DNA from: Octopus bimaculoides
Lineage: Eukaryota
DNA: 56,206 nucleotides
NCBI RefSeq assembly: GCF_001194135.2
Contig: NC_068986.1
Coordinates: 23,987,674-24,043,879 of the forward strand
Direction of reading: 5' to 3'
Shown piece after piece: positions 26,290 to 40,449 of the stretch. The notes under the pieces were generated by a model, which worked only from the letters and a program-made list of their open reading frames with translations, searched no databases and was not told the origin of the DNA. Both the position numbers and the translations under genes were made by a program. The first letter of the stretch is position 1; every line of letters begins with the position of its first letter.

Positions 26290-26420
26290 CGGTCATGCGC
26301 AGAAATACATTTGCTGAATTTAAACCACAAGGCCACAAGCTCTGACAATATTTCTTCCAGTATACTGAAAGCAGTCTTAAACACAGGAATGATTCTGTTG
26401 ACAGACACCCTCCTGCATGT
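26290..26420 (+). mobile_element. LINE relic, start of RT
   Basis: EIHLLNLNHKATSSDNISSSILK resembles the LNxxKAxGPDxIxxxILK pre-RT motif. Confidence 0.5.
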
Positions 26421-27712
26421 CGATGCTCATCTTGTTTTTTTATGTTTTCTTTTTGTTCTAACATAAATAAGGATGAAACAATGAACTCGAGCGCAGCTCA
26501 TATCAAGGAAACACAATCTCATCCTACACCTACTAAACATATCAACGTGGATGGTCAGTCCTGATCTAGGGACTATCTTCTTGTTTTATTGGTCCCTAGG
26601 TCTACATCATCAGATAATATCTTTAGTGATTTCAGAGAGTAGAATAAAATGTTATGTGTATTGCTCGATATCTCTATCAGGCGGAGTGTCTAGTTATGTC
26701 TTATTTTCTCATCATATTTAATCTATAACTGACTCGTTAAGGATCTGATAATTAGAAATGGAAAAGAGTTTTTACCAAATAGCAAACAATACATTAAGGA
26801 AAGAGTTCAAGAAAGAATCCATGGAGAATAGTTGCCATCTGGAGTGAAGTACCGAAGACACTCGCCCTTTCTCTGAGTGAAGTCCTTATTTAGACTTTTT
26901 ATTCCTGATTTAGACCAAGAGCCGATTGGATTTATCAAACTATTGTCCAGAATCAACTGAACTGATTATTATTAAGGCAGACATGACTAATTTCCTCGGA
27001 TTCCGTACTTTACTCTTGTCATGATTCAAATGTTTATTTGTCTTATCATATAGTGCTTTACAGAACAGTCGATCGATACAGACAGATTTAACTTCATTTC
27101 TAATCTTGAAATCATAAATCCTAGATAATAATTCGTGCCAATTGTTAAAGACTCTAAAACGAAACGAAATATCAGCAATGAACTAAACCCATCTTGCTAA
27201 TCCCAGATAAGTCATTTTATCAGAGATTTGGTAATAGGCTGGAAGAATGACTAATCAAAGATGATAACTGTCTCATTGACATAAATCTCGTTTATCAATA
27301 ATACATTTACTATTCAAAGTTAATACCAAGATACTAACATTTTATTTCCGAACATATTAAATGGAAGTTATCTCTTACAAGGTAAAGGAAATGATATTTA
27401 AGTAATTCTACTTAGAACCTTGATAGACAATTTTAACTGTAGGTTAAGCTACTTCTAGCATTGAATCATTTCGTATTATGTAACCAATTAGTATTTATAT
27501 TAAAAAAAAACTTATAAGTAGTATAGAGAGGAAGTCAGAGCTTCGGGACAGATTCGCGTTCGTTATATTTCCAGTACAATATACATCACTATGTAGAGAA
27601 AAATCTCCTGTCGAGAAATTATAATTGTATTTAGAATGCAGACCAGTTGTTTCTAATAGTCTGGTAACAGTGAACAATATAAACGACGATGCACATGTGC
27701 GTACGAGCGTGT

Positions 27713-27751
<39 letters not shown>

Positions 27752-28112
27752 TGTGTGCTTATATTTTATGGTGACCTTTAGTAACTCTTTTAATGGTTAA
27801 TAACTTCAAAAAATAGAGAGAGAAAATACGTATCAAGCTAAATTAAATACTGGAACTGATATGTACGACTCAAACCGTTAGCCAGAGGCTTCAGTTCGCT
27901 CATAATCCGATGACTGAAAATAGCAGAACAAAAAATATATGAATGTACTCACACCCTTGTGCATGCTATTGTGTATGTGTATGATGCAACTAGCGACTTG
28001 AGAATAAATTTAAGAGGAGGAAGATATATATTCAGAAAGCACATGTGTATATAAGTGAGTGAATGCGTGTGTGTGTGTGGCAAGGAGTTAAATACGTACC
28101 TATACAAATATA

Positions 28113-29550
28113 GACCACCACACCATGAAGAAGATCAACAACCTGGTTTCAAAACACCACAACTCACTTACCGATAATGAAAGAGACTACATCACCAATT
28201 TCGAGCCAAAACCCAGCAGCACCTACGGCTAACCGAAACTATATAAATCAAAAGATATTCAGAATGCAGTAAAAGGGCAAGAAAGTGAGTCTATAAAATT
28301 ACTGGATCCCAAAGACTTAAAACTTAGACCTATTATAGCTGGTCCAGTATGCCCTATCCACCGTCTAATCAATTCTATTGACATTGTTTTGAAACCACTA
28401 TGTAACTACACACCCAGTTTCATCCGGGATGATATCGACTTACTATCTTATCTTCCCACAACAACTGAAACAAATTCACTTCTACTTTGTTTTGATGTTG
28501 TAAACCTGTACACCAGTATTCCACATGATTTAGGAATAAAGGCGATTAGATACTGGATAGAAAAACATAGAGAAGTGATCCCCAACAGATTCACAGAGTC
28601 ATTTATATTAGAAATAGTCAGACCTATTCTGGAAAATGCGTTCTTCTTCAATGGAATGAATTACATCCAAATTAAAGGCACGGTGATGGGAACAGCATTT
28701 GCTCCCGTTTACGCGAACTCTGTAATGGGATATTTAGAACAACTCTACCAAGCACAGGATTTAGAGATTATATCGAAAAGACATGGAAGAGATACCTCGA
28801 CGATTGTTTCATAATCTGAACAGAACCTCTAAATACTCTGGAAGAGTTCAATAACCTCCTGAAAACCTATACCCATCTCTCCAATTTACAAAGGAGATGG
28901 GTAGTACCAAATTACCATTCCTATATATAATGGTAATTAAAAAGGACAACACCATTACCACAGATATATACTACACACACAAGGACACACATCAATACTT
29001 GATTTTTAAGTCGTGCCATCCACCACATACAAAACGCAGCATTCCATACTGCATAGCCAGAATAATTCGTACCATTGTAGAAGATGCAAATATCAGGAAC
29101 AAACGCCTAACAGAACTAAGACAATTTTTGCTGAAACAAAAATACCCGTCTCTACTTATAGAAAATGGCATACGGCGGGCTATAAAAATAACCATACAAC
29201 AACTGAGAACAATCCAAAATAGCGGAGAACAGGACCACCAGAATATCTTCAACATTGCCAAAGCAAATCATTGGTCAAAGTAATGAATTAAAAGATATAA
29301 TCACAGATCGAGCTATAGGTCTTAGTAAAAGAGAGCCTAAAAACGTGAAAAAATTATTAACAAAGGCAACGTTTGACCTTAGCAACGAAAACCAATCATT
29401 CACTGTATCTAAATGCAATGATAGCCGATGTGGCACATGCCAATTAATACATACCGGCCAATATATAAACACAAAAACCGGGAAAATATTCACAAACGCA
29501 AATATAAACTGCAAAAGCCGAAATTTAATTTACTGCATTGTAGAAAATGA
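28113..29550 (+). mobile_element. Penelope-like element, decayed RT to start of GIY-YIG
   Basis: YG*PKLYKS...DLKLRPIIAGP; FDVVNLYTSIP; QIKGTVMGTAFAPVYAN; WKRYLDDCF (YLDD at 28793-28804); LPFL..MV; THQYL.FKSCHP; KCNDSRCGTC...NCKSRNLIYCI, then truncated. Frameshifts and stops present. Confidence 0.95.
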
Positions 29551-31076
29551 AGGAGGGTATGTTTTACATTAGAAAAGAAGTTTATGTAACTTAATTTTGA
29601 AAAGTTAAAGAAGTATAAGAAAACCACATTATTTATGGGATGACCCAATACATATGCATACACGTCAGTAGACGATGACCTTGTCAAATATTCACCCACT
29701 AGTAATATTATGTATTAAATTATATCAATATCCAGTAACATGCATACAATGTATTTCTATTGTTAATATTGATATGTAATTGCAGAGAACAGAATTTAAG
29801 ATCAAGTTCAATATTGTGGGAATTCCAAGATGACACATAATTCATATTTTATAATATATTAGATTGTCTTTTTTATTCATAACATATTATTGTCGATAGA
29901 ATTGTTATACCAAGTACGTTATATTTTGTAGTAGTTAAGAATCATTAAGCATTTTCCTCTCTTGAAATATATGTTTCTTACTTAAGAATGAAACAAATGT
30001 AATTAAAATGCGTGTTATGAAGTCGCAATAAACTGTGACGGAAGCTGCACATCTCTCAAAACAAAACGTTCAATCGTTTGAAAATTCAATTAAGCTGTTG
30101 AATAAATTGCAAATCAATATCTTTCGGCAACTGTTTAATTTGAAAAATCCAAAGTAAACTGATGATGGATTACGACTGATCGATAGGAAATTAAATTGGT
30201 ATGATGCCTTCAGGTAAAAATACTGCTCCCCCACCCCCGTTAAGCAAATGAAGAGTAACAACACGAAGACCATATAGAAAGTGTATACGCCAAATTATAC
30301 ATAATGGCATAAATTATCAAATTGGCAAGCTATAAAATAGAATTCAGCCAACATCGAATCTTCTGATAAAGGAGTTTAGAATAACATTCATCAACTGGAA
30401 TTAATAATATAGCTGATAAATATTTTATCATTCTTTGTGTGTATGTTTGATATAGGAATATCAAAAATATCTAATCTTAAACCGGGAAGGTATTTCAAAT
30501 AATCTCTAGCTTTAAGTTAATTCGAAAACATTATTTATATATTGGACATCTTTCAAGTTTAAAACAACATCGTTTCCTATAGGCATTACTCTCTTATTTT
30601 CGGAACAGAGCGGAACGAAATTGACTTTTATACCAGTTTACACTAGTGATAACCTCTTTCGGCCAATATATAAAATCTTCAGCTGATCAAATATATTAAT
30701 AGAAGTCATCAACACAAAAGAAGTCATATATATAATCCAGTCATAATAAATTATTACTTCCGCCACGCCAACAGTGATTGTTTTTCGACATTTTACACCA
30801 AATAGGTATTCATTAGTACAACTGTACTAACGAATAATTATTACACTATATATATCATTTTTAGCTTTCTTTTCCTATCTCATTTATTGCATCTCAAAAC
30901 CGGTAAATACGAAAGAAATATCTCCGCCTATCTCCTTGTCTATTTGTCTGCTTAAGTATCTATAGCCTCTGTATCTATTTCCCCCAAAACACACGCATAT
31001 AGCTACAAAAATATATGTATATGTGTGTATATTGATATACATGTAACTTATATTAGTGTGTGTGAGCGTGCTTATG

Positions 31077-31107
<31 letters not shown>

Positions 31108-31130
31108 TAAATAAACTGAAACAATAGAGC

Positions 31131-31225
31131 CATCAGAGACACAGTGAGATGGTTAAATAGAGGGAAATATAAGAGTTGAACTCTAATATTTCCTTCTATT
31201 TAACAATCTCACATTGTCTCTGATG
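31131..31225. repeat. Near-perfect palindrome, 47-bp arms, 1-nt loop
   Basis: 31131-31177 versus reverse complement of 31179-31225: 42/47 identical by hand count. Confidence 0.95.
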
Positions 31226-31263
31226 AGGTGATATCCCTAATATCCCAGAAACAGCTGTAAGAC
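31216..31263 (+). ncRNA. Minimal type I hammerhead ribozyme motif with palindromic stem III (PLE type)
   Basis: gtct CTGATGA ggtgatat cccta atatccca GAAACAGCTGT A agac. Stem I is gtct/agac, both core boxes are intact, NUH is GUA, and stem II has two mismatches. Confidence 0.75.
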
Positions 31264-31463
31264 TAAAACTTTTTCTTTATAAATGTCAGGAAAATTCCAT
31301 ACAAGGTTTGCTGTCAAATTTTATTTAACATATATATGGTCATAAAAACCCGCATTACACTCCTCACTCGTATCATTATCGAACCGAGAGTTTAACTACA
31401 GTCCTTCCATAGCACTTACATAGCGATACCTGCCACCTTGATTTTCCGGATACCAATACCTCT

Positions 31464-31848
31464 NNNNNNNNNNNNNNNNNNNNNNNNNNNNNNNNNNNNN
31501 NNNNNNNNNNNNNNNNNNNNNNNNNNNNNNNNNNNNNNNNNNNNNNNNNNNNNNNNNNNNNNNNNNNNNNNNNNNNNNNNNNNNNNNNNNNNNNNNNNNN
31601 NNNNNNNNNNNNNNNNNNNNNNNNNNNNNNNNNNNNNNNNNNNNNNNNNNNNNNNNNNNNNNNNNNNNNNNNNNNNNNNNNNNNNNNNNNNNNNNNNNNN
31701 NNNNNNNNNNNNNNNNNNNNNNNNNNNNNNNNNNNNNNNNNNNNNNNNNNNNNNNNNNNNNNNNNNNNNNNNNNNNNNNNNNNNNNNNNNNNNNNNNNNN
31801 NNNNNNNNNNNNNNNNNNNNNNNNNNNNNNNNNNNNNNNNNNNNNNNN
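31464..31848. other. Assembly gap
   Basis: N run. Confidence 1.
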
Positions 31849-31879
<31 letters not shown>

Positions 31880-33809
31880 GTATATATACGCTAAAATACG
31901 CACACGCGCTCGAACGTAGATGTAAGGAAGTGAAAATTCAGCTTTGAATATATGAATAAAGTCAAAGTAAGTTACAAAGACGAAAAAAGTTAGTGACAAA
32001 AAGGGGAGAGGATTGCTGTAACATGTAATTGTAATAATATAAAACTATTCATTCTAGATTACATGTATATGCATTGAGTTATTTTCCCCCGTTCGTTAAT
32101 TCAAATACACAAACACACAGAAGCGTGCATGCACACACATATACGTGGATAGGAAGTTGATTTTCTTTCGTGGTACATTTAAGATACGATTATGTTCAGG
32201 TTGGATGTGTTTAATTAAGATCTTTTTCTTCATATTTCCGTAGTTGTCTTTCATGTTCATTTCGGAAAGATATACCTTACGTAAATGCATTAGTCCATTA
32301 ACACATTTCTATCTGCAAAATAAATTGATGGAAATAATGGCGTGTTTTATGCACGTTTTGCAATAAGTGACAAAGAATACTAGGTATAATATTGTAAGTA
32401 ATAAAAAAAAACTGGATTTAATATAAAAGAACTGTAAATCCTGGTAGATTTCATGTTATATTTTACGAGTGATGCATTGTATGTGTAATAATGGCAATCG
32501 ACTAACGGATTTACAAACGCCATAGCTCCAAACCAGACGAGTGTAGGATATGGTGAGCGAGGGTGTGAGATTGCTCTTGTATGAATATTTCGTGACTATA
32601 TGAAGGATACATGTGTAGTTTTTATGCTATGATTTGTTACCTTTGAACCGGCTGTGCATATACTTGTACATAGGTGTGTGTGCGTAGAGAATTCTAGTGT
32701 TGCAGGTTGTTATTTTCTTTTGTAATAAGTCGTCTGTTTCAATAACGCCCTATCAATAATATCCTACCATGAAACAGCATATAATTGCTAAATATCATCA
32801 TGTTTTTCATACTTTAATATGATTTGTACATACGAGAGTCTTTGCTATTCTTTTAACGACTCAAATAGGTTTCAGGAAAAAGTTGAGAAAAATTGCTATT
32901 GATGTTACAAGAAAACATTTCCTTTGAATATTATATTCGCAAGCCTTCTGTATCTTCAATATATACATTCCCTATATAACTAAACATTACGCTAAACATT
33001 ACAATATAAACAATGTATTATAAAACAAAAAAATCATCTACGTTGAGCGAACATAATTCTGATACTAATTCTTTTGTTATTATCGATTTTCAGTTACTTT
33101 ACAAATGAATGTTGCTGATATTAAGAGAGTTCACAGTAATTGTATGATATGTATAAAGTATTTTATGCAGTTTTATCATTAAGTTCATCAATTCCTTGAA
33201 ACTATATAAAGGAACTGCAAGTGTATGAATTGCTGATGACTTGTTTACAGTGGTTATAAATACAAGAAACAATATTTGAAAATTTGCTTGGTTAACACTT
33301 TTGTCGAAGCTGGATGAACTACAATTCAGTGTTTCGTATTACTGTTATGATATCGAGTGACACACATTCCTTAGTTAACAGAGACATCAAACTGTGAACA
33401 CGAACTTTCAGATTTTTGTGGATTACGTATAGTTCTGCTAAGCTTAGCATTTCTGAATGTCTCTATATTGTTTCAATTTTATTTTTCATTTAAGTTTTAG
33501 ATTTCTCTTTCTTTAGTTGTGTTCCTTTAGATTTTAAATATTAAACAATTTCGATTGTATGCGAGTTCGTCTAAAGGTGTTGGGATTTATATTCCAGAAG
33601 GTAACTCAGGAATACATTTCCAAAGTTTATAACTAAAGTACTTTATGAAACGTTGCAATTCGTTCCTCCAAGAATGACAATTATTTGCCGCAGATATATC
33701 TGGAAATTTTCTAAGTTCTTAGTACTTTTCGAGAATAAAATGGGATGTGTAACTTCTTATTGTCTAATTGGAGATCGATATGTTTCGCAATCAAGAATTA
33801 TCACTTTTA

Positions 33810-33990
33810 AACTAATACGGCTCAGCATATTCGTTTTATAATTTATCTTCTGAGTTCATATTCCGCTGAGGTCCACATTGCCTTTCATCGTTTCGGAGTC
33901 GATAAAATAAATCCCGGTTAAACGCTGGGGTCGACAAAATCAACTTATCACTCCCACCCTCGAAAGTGCTGCCTTTCTACCAAAATACAT
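33810..33990 (+). mobile_element. SINE family B, degenerate
   Basis: ttctgagttcatattccgctgaggtccacattgcctttcatcgtttcggagtcgataaaat...ctggggtcgac. Confidence 0.8.
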
Positions 33991-35637
33991 ATCGTTGTTT
34001 TCCCTAACTGCGATGTCATACTGAAACAATGTTATTATTATTCGCAAGCTTTCAGCAAACTATTACCGTTGGAAAGATTCTAATTTCTTGTGATCACATT
34101 ATTTTGTAATTACGTATTTGCATTTTCTTGTATACTCGTGAATTGGCCACTTATATAGGAAACGATATTCATGCTTTTCCAAACCCATTCTTTAGCTTTT
34201 TGCCAATTACTCTATTCACCTGCAGTCTTAAGATACGTGAATAGTGATATAACTGCAACTTAATTAAAATCTGTGCAGGATTTACAAAGAAAAATTATAT
34301 GTTATTGCTACTCTAATGCAGTTCAATAATTGTTAAGTAAACCAGTATAGAACTACATCTTTTATTCCTTGCTCGTCTTCCTATAATTTTCTCATTCACT
34401 TCCAGGATTTTTATATAAATCTGTAAGAAGTAGAAACGTTTCCATCAGAAGGATTTGGTTCCACTTTAGTTACAGGTGTTGAAATTAATGTTTTCCATTT
34501 ATGAGATAACTGGAAGTGTGCAATGTTCAGTTAATAAATGAGTTTATTGTAATAATTGATTTGCTTAATGATTAGATGTGTACGATGTCGTATAATGATT
34601 ATGACAACAACTAATATTTTCTCATTGTAAAGGTTTGGCTATGCAATTAGTGATTTACAAAGAAAGTAGACTGCCTAAAGTATGCTAGCACTAAACTTAA
34701 TCATTATGGTGCAAAATGTTTAGCAACTATAAACGTTTGTTGGCATAAGTATTTTATAGCGGTTATTAACATTTTATAGCAAATAGCTACGCTACATAAC
34801 TGTATAACAATAAATTTCCGGCAATATTTAGGCGATTAATTACAACATCTGTATTTGCGTGTGCGGACTGAGGTGGATACGAAGCTGGTAAAATTAAAAA
34901 TGAAATGGCATTAAATATGTTATTTATGACGCATAATATATACATAGCTATTAGCTTTGTGAGACAATAATGAACAAGAAAAGAAACATTTTGCTATGAT
35001 CTGGAACAGAAAAGTAAAAACCTACTGAAACTTTAATCAAAATCGTCTTATCATAAAACTTCATTTTCAAGTTTATTTGATTGTCAAGAGATTAAAATGA
35101 AATTACACTTGCAATTTTTTGTGATTCCAGGATATAAGAATGAGAACTGGAGAAAACTTTTAAACTGTTTAGCGTAGAGCATAGAGCACCGACAGATCTT
35201 TTTATAGTAGAATCGCGTTCTTTGTTTTTGTGTTCGATTATGTACCAGCATTCAAAATTGTGTCTATCAATTGTATTATAAATTTTTTACTTCGTACGAG
35301 ATACTAATAGTTACAAATGAATTATAGATAAACCAGACAGAAATGCCAGCAATTTAAGAGTATTTTGTATATGTGACTCTTTTCTGGCTTTCGCTCAGTT
35401 CACAGCTTTTTTTTTTCCTTTAGTTTTGTGCGTTTTATTTTTGTTATTATCTTATGAAAATTAATTGTGTTAGCCATGGGTAGCCATAGGTAGCCATGGG
35501 TCGTAAGAAGGTTAGTGCAAAGGACACTGCTGAGAAGAATAAAAAGCTGGTTACGATATAATTGAAGAAGGAATATGCATATTTATATATGTTAGTATGT
35601 ATATCATTGTTCAGTCTTATTTCAAGATGTCTTCCCA

Positions 35638-35709
35638 ATAGAGAAAGAGCCGGTTGCTAACCCAGATCCAAGGCCCCTTCATTGGAATTTCAATATCAAC
35701 AACAAGGTA
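35638..35709 (+). repeat. Short dispersed repeat, copy 1 (partner 38756-38828)
   Basis: First 50 nt are 43/50 identical to the partner. Confidence 0.85.
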
Positions 35710-35906
35710 CTTTTGTTTGTATATATGTATATATGTATATGTGCAGAGTTGTATGTTTTGTTTTATGTATGTATTCTCATGCATATAGTGGCATATCTAG
35801 ACATGATCAAATATATTTAAATGATAAACTTCTGGAAAGTTTTACAGATTTTTACAGTTCCAGTGATGGATTAGATCTGTAGTCTTTGAATTAGCTTTTT
35901 TCATTT

Positions 35907-35938
35907 TATGTATGTATGTATGTATGTATGTATGTATG

Positions 35939-35967
<29 letters not shown>
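35907..35967. repeat. (TATG)n microsatellite
   Basis: Pure tetranucleotide run. Confidence 0.97.
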
Positions 35968-35971
<4 letters not shown>

Positions 35972-36839
35972 TCAGGATTCAAGCGAATCAGGTCCTTATA
36001 TAGTAAAGCATCAAGGTCGGATCAGTGAAATCGCTTTCGCGTACAAGCAGTGTTTGAGGAATAAATACGTAGTTATTAAAGTAAAAATGGATTTAGTTCC
36101 TGGTAGTGTGCACAATCACAAACGGCGGACTGGATATACAATGAGTTCCAAGGGTACACATGCACCAATTGTACTGCACAGAATAGACTGCAGATCTACG
36201 CGAATTGCAGGTTCCAAGTAAGGTGAATAATAAAAAAATAAAAACAGATGGATTTTGATTCACTCAATCCATCTGTTGCTATTTGTTTAAACACATGTGT
36301 GTGTGTGTGCGTACGCACGTGCTTGTGTGTGTGTATAAATACGTATATATGTATGTATTTATATATAGATACACACACACGCACACTCCCTCCTCTCTCT
36401 CTCACGGTCGCACATAGACACACAACAAACACACTCGTATATATACGTGCTTATGTGCGTGCGTGTGCGTGCATGTGTGTGTGTGTGTGTCTCAGAGTGA
36501 GTATTTTGTGGTGCGCATGTATCTCTGCAAAAGATTACGAAATTTTCTTCGCCAATATGTATCCTTCGTTAGGTCACAATTTATGTCTTGAACGAGTGTA
36601 TATTATTCTATCATTGACATTGAAAGTGGTTGGAGAGAACTTTGTGGGACGCCAGTGAAAGGGCTCTCTATTCCAAAGAACGAACTTTCTCTCACACTAC
36701 GCCATACTAATATTACTAATAATGTTTACGTTAATGGTTTCAAATGTACGCACAGTTCTCAATCGCGAGTATACTGATTCTATGTATCGGCATTTCCATT
36801 GATTGGATACCAATCGTTGAAACACATGTAAGAGTTATA

Positions 36840-37270
36840 GGCGTAGGAGTGGATGTGGGGTAAGTAGCTTGCTTACCAACCACATGGTTCTGGGTTCAGT
36901 CCCACCGCGTGGCACCTCGGGCAAGTGTCTTCTACTATAGCCTCGGGCCGACCAAAGCCTTGTGAGTGAATCTGGTAAACGGAAACTGAAAGAAGCCCGT
37001 CTTCTATATGTATATATATATATATATATGTGTGTGTGTATGTGCATATGTTTCTGTGTCTGTGTTTGTCCCCCCAACATCGCTTGACAACCGATGCTGG
37101 TGTGTTTACGTCCCCGTAACCTAGCGGTTCAGCTAAAGAGACCGATCGCATAAGCACCAGGCTTGCAAAGAATAAGTCCTGGGGGTTGATTTGCTCGACT
37201 GAGAGCGGTGCTCCAGCTTGGCCGCAGTCAAATGACTAAAACAAGTAAAAGAGTGAAAGAGTAAAAGAGT
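36840..37270 (+). mobile_element. tRNA-derived SINE, family A, full length
   Basis: Complete head with B-box-like ggttcagtccc, body, internal microsatellite and repeated (t/g)aaaagag tail. Confidence 0.95.
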
Positions 37271-38365
37271 TTGCCTGTGAGTAGATAGTTAAATATACTA
37301 GTATTCGTATAATAAGTTCAAGACCTAAGAATGGTCAAAATGTTGCATTAACTGAATGTAAAGAAAACGTCAGATGAAATGGTATGTTGAAATCTATAAA
37401 TCATAAAAATTTTGGAAATCGAAGAAAATGTAGAGACAGAGTAAAAGAAAATAATATAAACATTGAACACAGTATGATGTAATAGTGAACAAATCTATCT
37501 GATATAGGACGGCGATATTCTTGTGAAATGTATTCTGTCAGTAAATGTTGACGTCAAATACCATAGAATATGTAAAAGCTTCATTATTTTATGCTGAAAT
37601 ATGCCATTATCTATAGTAGTGATAGTTTGAAATATGTCAAAAGAATTGTCGTCATAGATTGCGTTAAGTAATGTAGGAAGAAATGCTCTCAAGTGATGCA
37701 AATATCTTACTATTCCTTTGAGGCAAAACAAATATTTCTAATAGAAAACATTGTTGTTGAACGTAGTTGAGTAAAATGTCGGCGGTCGATTTTACGGTCG
37801 TACTCATTTCCATCTTTATTCAATCACTAATGTACTTGACAATCTCATGAATGTTATCAAATATCATTACTTTCTCTTACAACATCTGAGGTCTTATCAA
37901 ACAAGAAGTCGGCAGCAAAAATTGTTATAGATCAGAATCCCTCTCTGTTTCAAATTATTTGCGAGACACTTGCATGTAAAATATTACAATGAAGAAATCC
38001 CCCCCCCCCCAAAAAAAAAGAAAAGAAAAAAGACAAAACCAAATCTGCACATCCATCCCTTGCTAACTGTATGATTATTTAAAGGATATGAATAAAAACA
38101 CATTTGAAACACAAACTATGATTTTACGTGTCAGTATATTTCCTGTACGAATATATAGAGAAGCGCAGACATATATGTAAATAAGCATCTTGCTACATCA
38201 AAGCCTGGTTATTGATTTAATCCCATCATGTAAAATGATTGACAAATGTCTTACTCTGCAACCACGAGGTGACAAATAATGTATAAATTTCGTAAACGGG
38301 AATTGCCCGGAGACGCTCAGATCTTATTATATCATAAGTGTGTGAGTGTAGGTATGTATGTATGG

Positions 38366-38560
<195 letters not shown>

Positions 38561-38755
38561 CTCAGTATCCTTAATTATAATTGTATTTTATACTATTATA
38601 AATATATATACATTTATGAATGTACCTAAATAGGTCTATTTCTTATATGCTGGACACTAATAAAACCTTTTAAAATTTTTGTCCGTATTCATATTAGTAT
38701 GTATGTATGTATGTATGTATGTTATCAATCAGTTTCATTTCTGTATTTCTTGTCC

Positions 38756-38828
38756 ATAGAGAAAGAGCCGGACTCTAACATAGATTCAAGGCTCCTTCAT
38801 TGGAACTTTTATCAACATCATCTAGGTA
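38756..38828 (+). repeat. Short dispersed repeat, copy 2 (partner 35638-35709)
   Basis: See copy 1. Confidence 0.85.
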
Positions 38829-39139
38829 TTTGTGCATATGTGTGTGTGTGTGCAGTATTTGGTGTTAGTGTATGCGCAGATTTGTATGTATGTATGTATG
38901 TATGTATGTATGTATGTATTTATGTATGTATATGTTTCTCTTTTTACTAAGCGTCAAACTAATACATTCCTTGTACACGTCTCCTTGTCTGTTATTGTTA
39001 ATTTTATTGCTGGATTTTTTAATTGACATAAGAGAGTTCAAAAGAAGAGGAAGAAGGATGAAAAAAATCGCCAACAGACCAAATGTAGTTACATTTTTGA
39101 TATGACCGGAAGATGGACAAGGAGAAAGTGATTTCTGGG

Positions 39140-40440
39140 AAAGGAGAGTATGTAGAATGGTTGGTATATGTGTGTATATGTGGGTGTGCGCACGCCTGTT
39201 TGTGATAGCGTGTGTGTGTGTGCCTGTGTGTGGCAGTAACTGTGTGTGTACGTGTGGAATGGGAGCATTTGTGTGTGGTTGATATCGTGTATGTGTACAG
39301 TAGCATGTATATCGTGTATGTGTACAGTATATTTGATATCGTGTATGTGTACAGTAGCATGGTAGTGTATGCGTGTGTTGGTAACTGTATGTATGTATGT
39401 GTGTGGTGTGTGAGGTATTAAATGTTTGCATGTGTTTGTGAGAGCGGTCTGTGTGTGCCTGTTAACGTCGTAGTGAGAGATCAGCAGCTATGGTGACGGG
39501 TGTATATATATGGGTGGTTCTGGAAGTGTGTGTAGGTGTGTTTTTGTACGTGTGCGTAGATAGGATGGTCAGTAGAGTGTCGGGGCAGTTTGAAGCCTGT
39601 TTGAGAGGCTGTCTAAAGGCTGTGTGAATGGATGGTTGTAGATGTGTGTCTGTGTTGGCATATGTACGGGGACGGAGTGGGAATGCGTGTATGTGTCTTG
39701 GTGGACATGTGTATGGGTGCTTGTGTCTGTCCCACTCTCTCTGTCACACTGTCTCTCTCTCTCTCTCTCTCTCTATGTATATATATGTGGAGATATGTGC
39801 GTGTATGAGCGTGTGAGTGAGTTTAGAATTGTATGTATGTGTGCGTATGTATATGTGTGCGTGTATGTGTCTGTGCGTGTGTATATGAGCGTGGGTTGTG
39901 TGTGTGGAAGTATATGTGCGTTAATGTGTGTATGCATGCGTGTGTGTGTGTGTGTGTACCTGAGTGCTTGTATCTGCGTACGTATGTGTGTGTGTGAGAG
40001 AGTGGGGTGGCGTGTGGGTGCATTGTCTGAAGGGCGTGTGAAAGGGTGAGTGTGGCTGTGTGAATGGGTGAGGGTTGGTGGTAGTGTGTGTGTTGGCTTG
40101 AATGCATGGACGGAGTGGGAATGTATATATGTGTGTGCGTGTACATGTATGTATATATGTGTGTATGTTTATCTTTGTGTGTCATTTTATGGTGTGCTCT
40201 CTCAGTGTAAAAATTGTGTGTGTGTAGCTATCTCTGCCTTTCACTTTGTTGCCTTCCTGTGTGGAAGTGTATGTATGTGCATGAATATGTGTGTATGGCT
40301 GTGTCTTGTGTGTGTTGTGTGTAGAGGGTTGTGTTTGTAGAGGTGTGTGTGCGTCTTATTGCGTGCGTATGCGTGCGTGTGTGTGTGTGTGTGCGTGAGA
40401 GGGAGATGGGTCGTGTGTGGAGGGCGTTGTGCGATGTGTG
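39140..40440. repeat. Degenerate (TG)-rich tract including a 3 x 27-bp minisatellite at 39281-39361
   Basis: (g/t)atatcgtgtatgtgtacagta units occur three times; ggacggagtgggaatg recurs near 39670 and 40108. Confidence 0.9.
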
Positions 40441-40449
40441 GTATAGGAA

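Noticed and set aside
26640-27320. GGVSSYV and IIKAD fragments suggesting an AP-endonuclease relic
   Set aside because: The motifs are too short and degenerate to support a call by eye.
30150-30210. RLIDRKLNWYDAF followed by AG|GT, reminiscent of a C-type lectin exon
   Set aside because: An in-frame TAA lies just upstream and there is no suitable acceptor.
34411-34530. Minus-strand acceptor-like site with a 32-codon open frame
   Set aside because: Short, no homology recognised, and expected by chance in 56 kb.
35471-35500. Three tandem copies of tagccat(g/a)gg
   Set aside because: Real but most simply a local slippage duplication with no further context.
36243-36277. 12-bp perfect inverted repeat (aacagatggatt/aatccatctgtt)
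   Set aside because: Too short to exceed chance convincingly in AT-rich sequence of this length.
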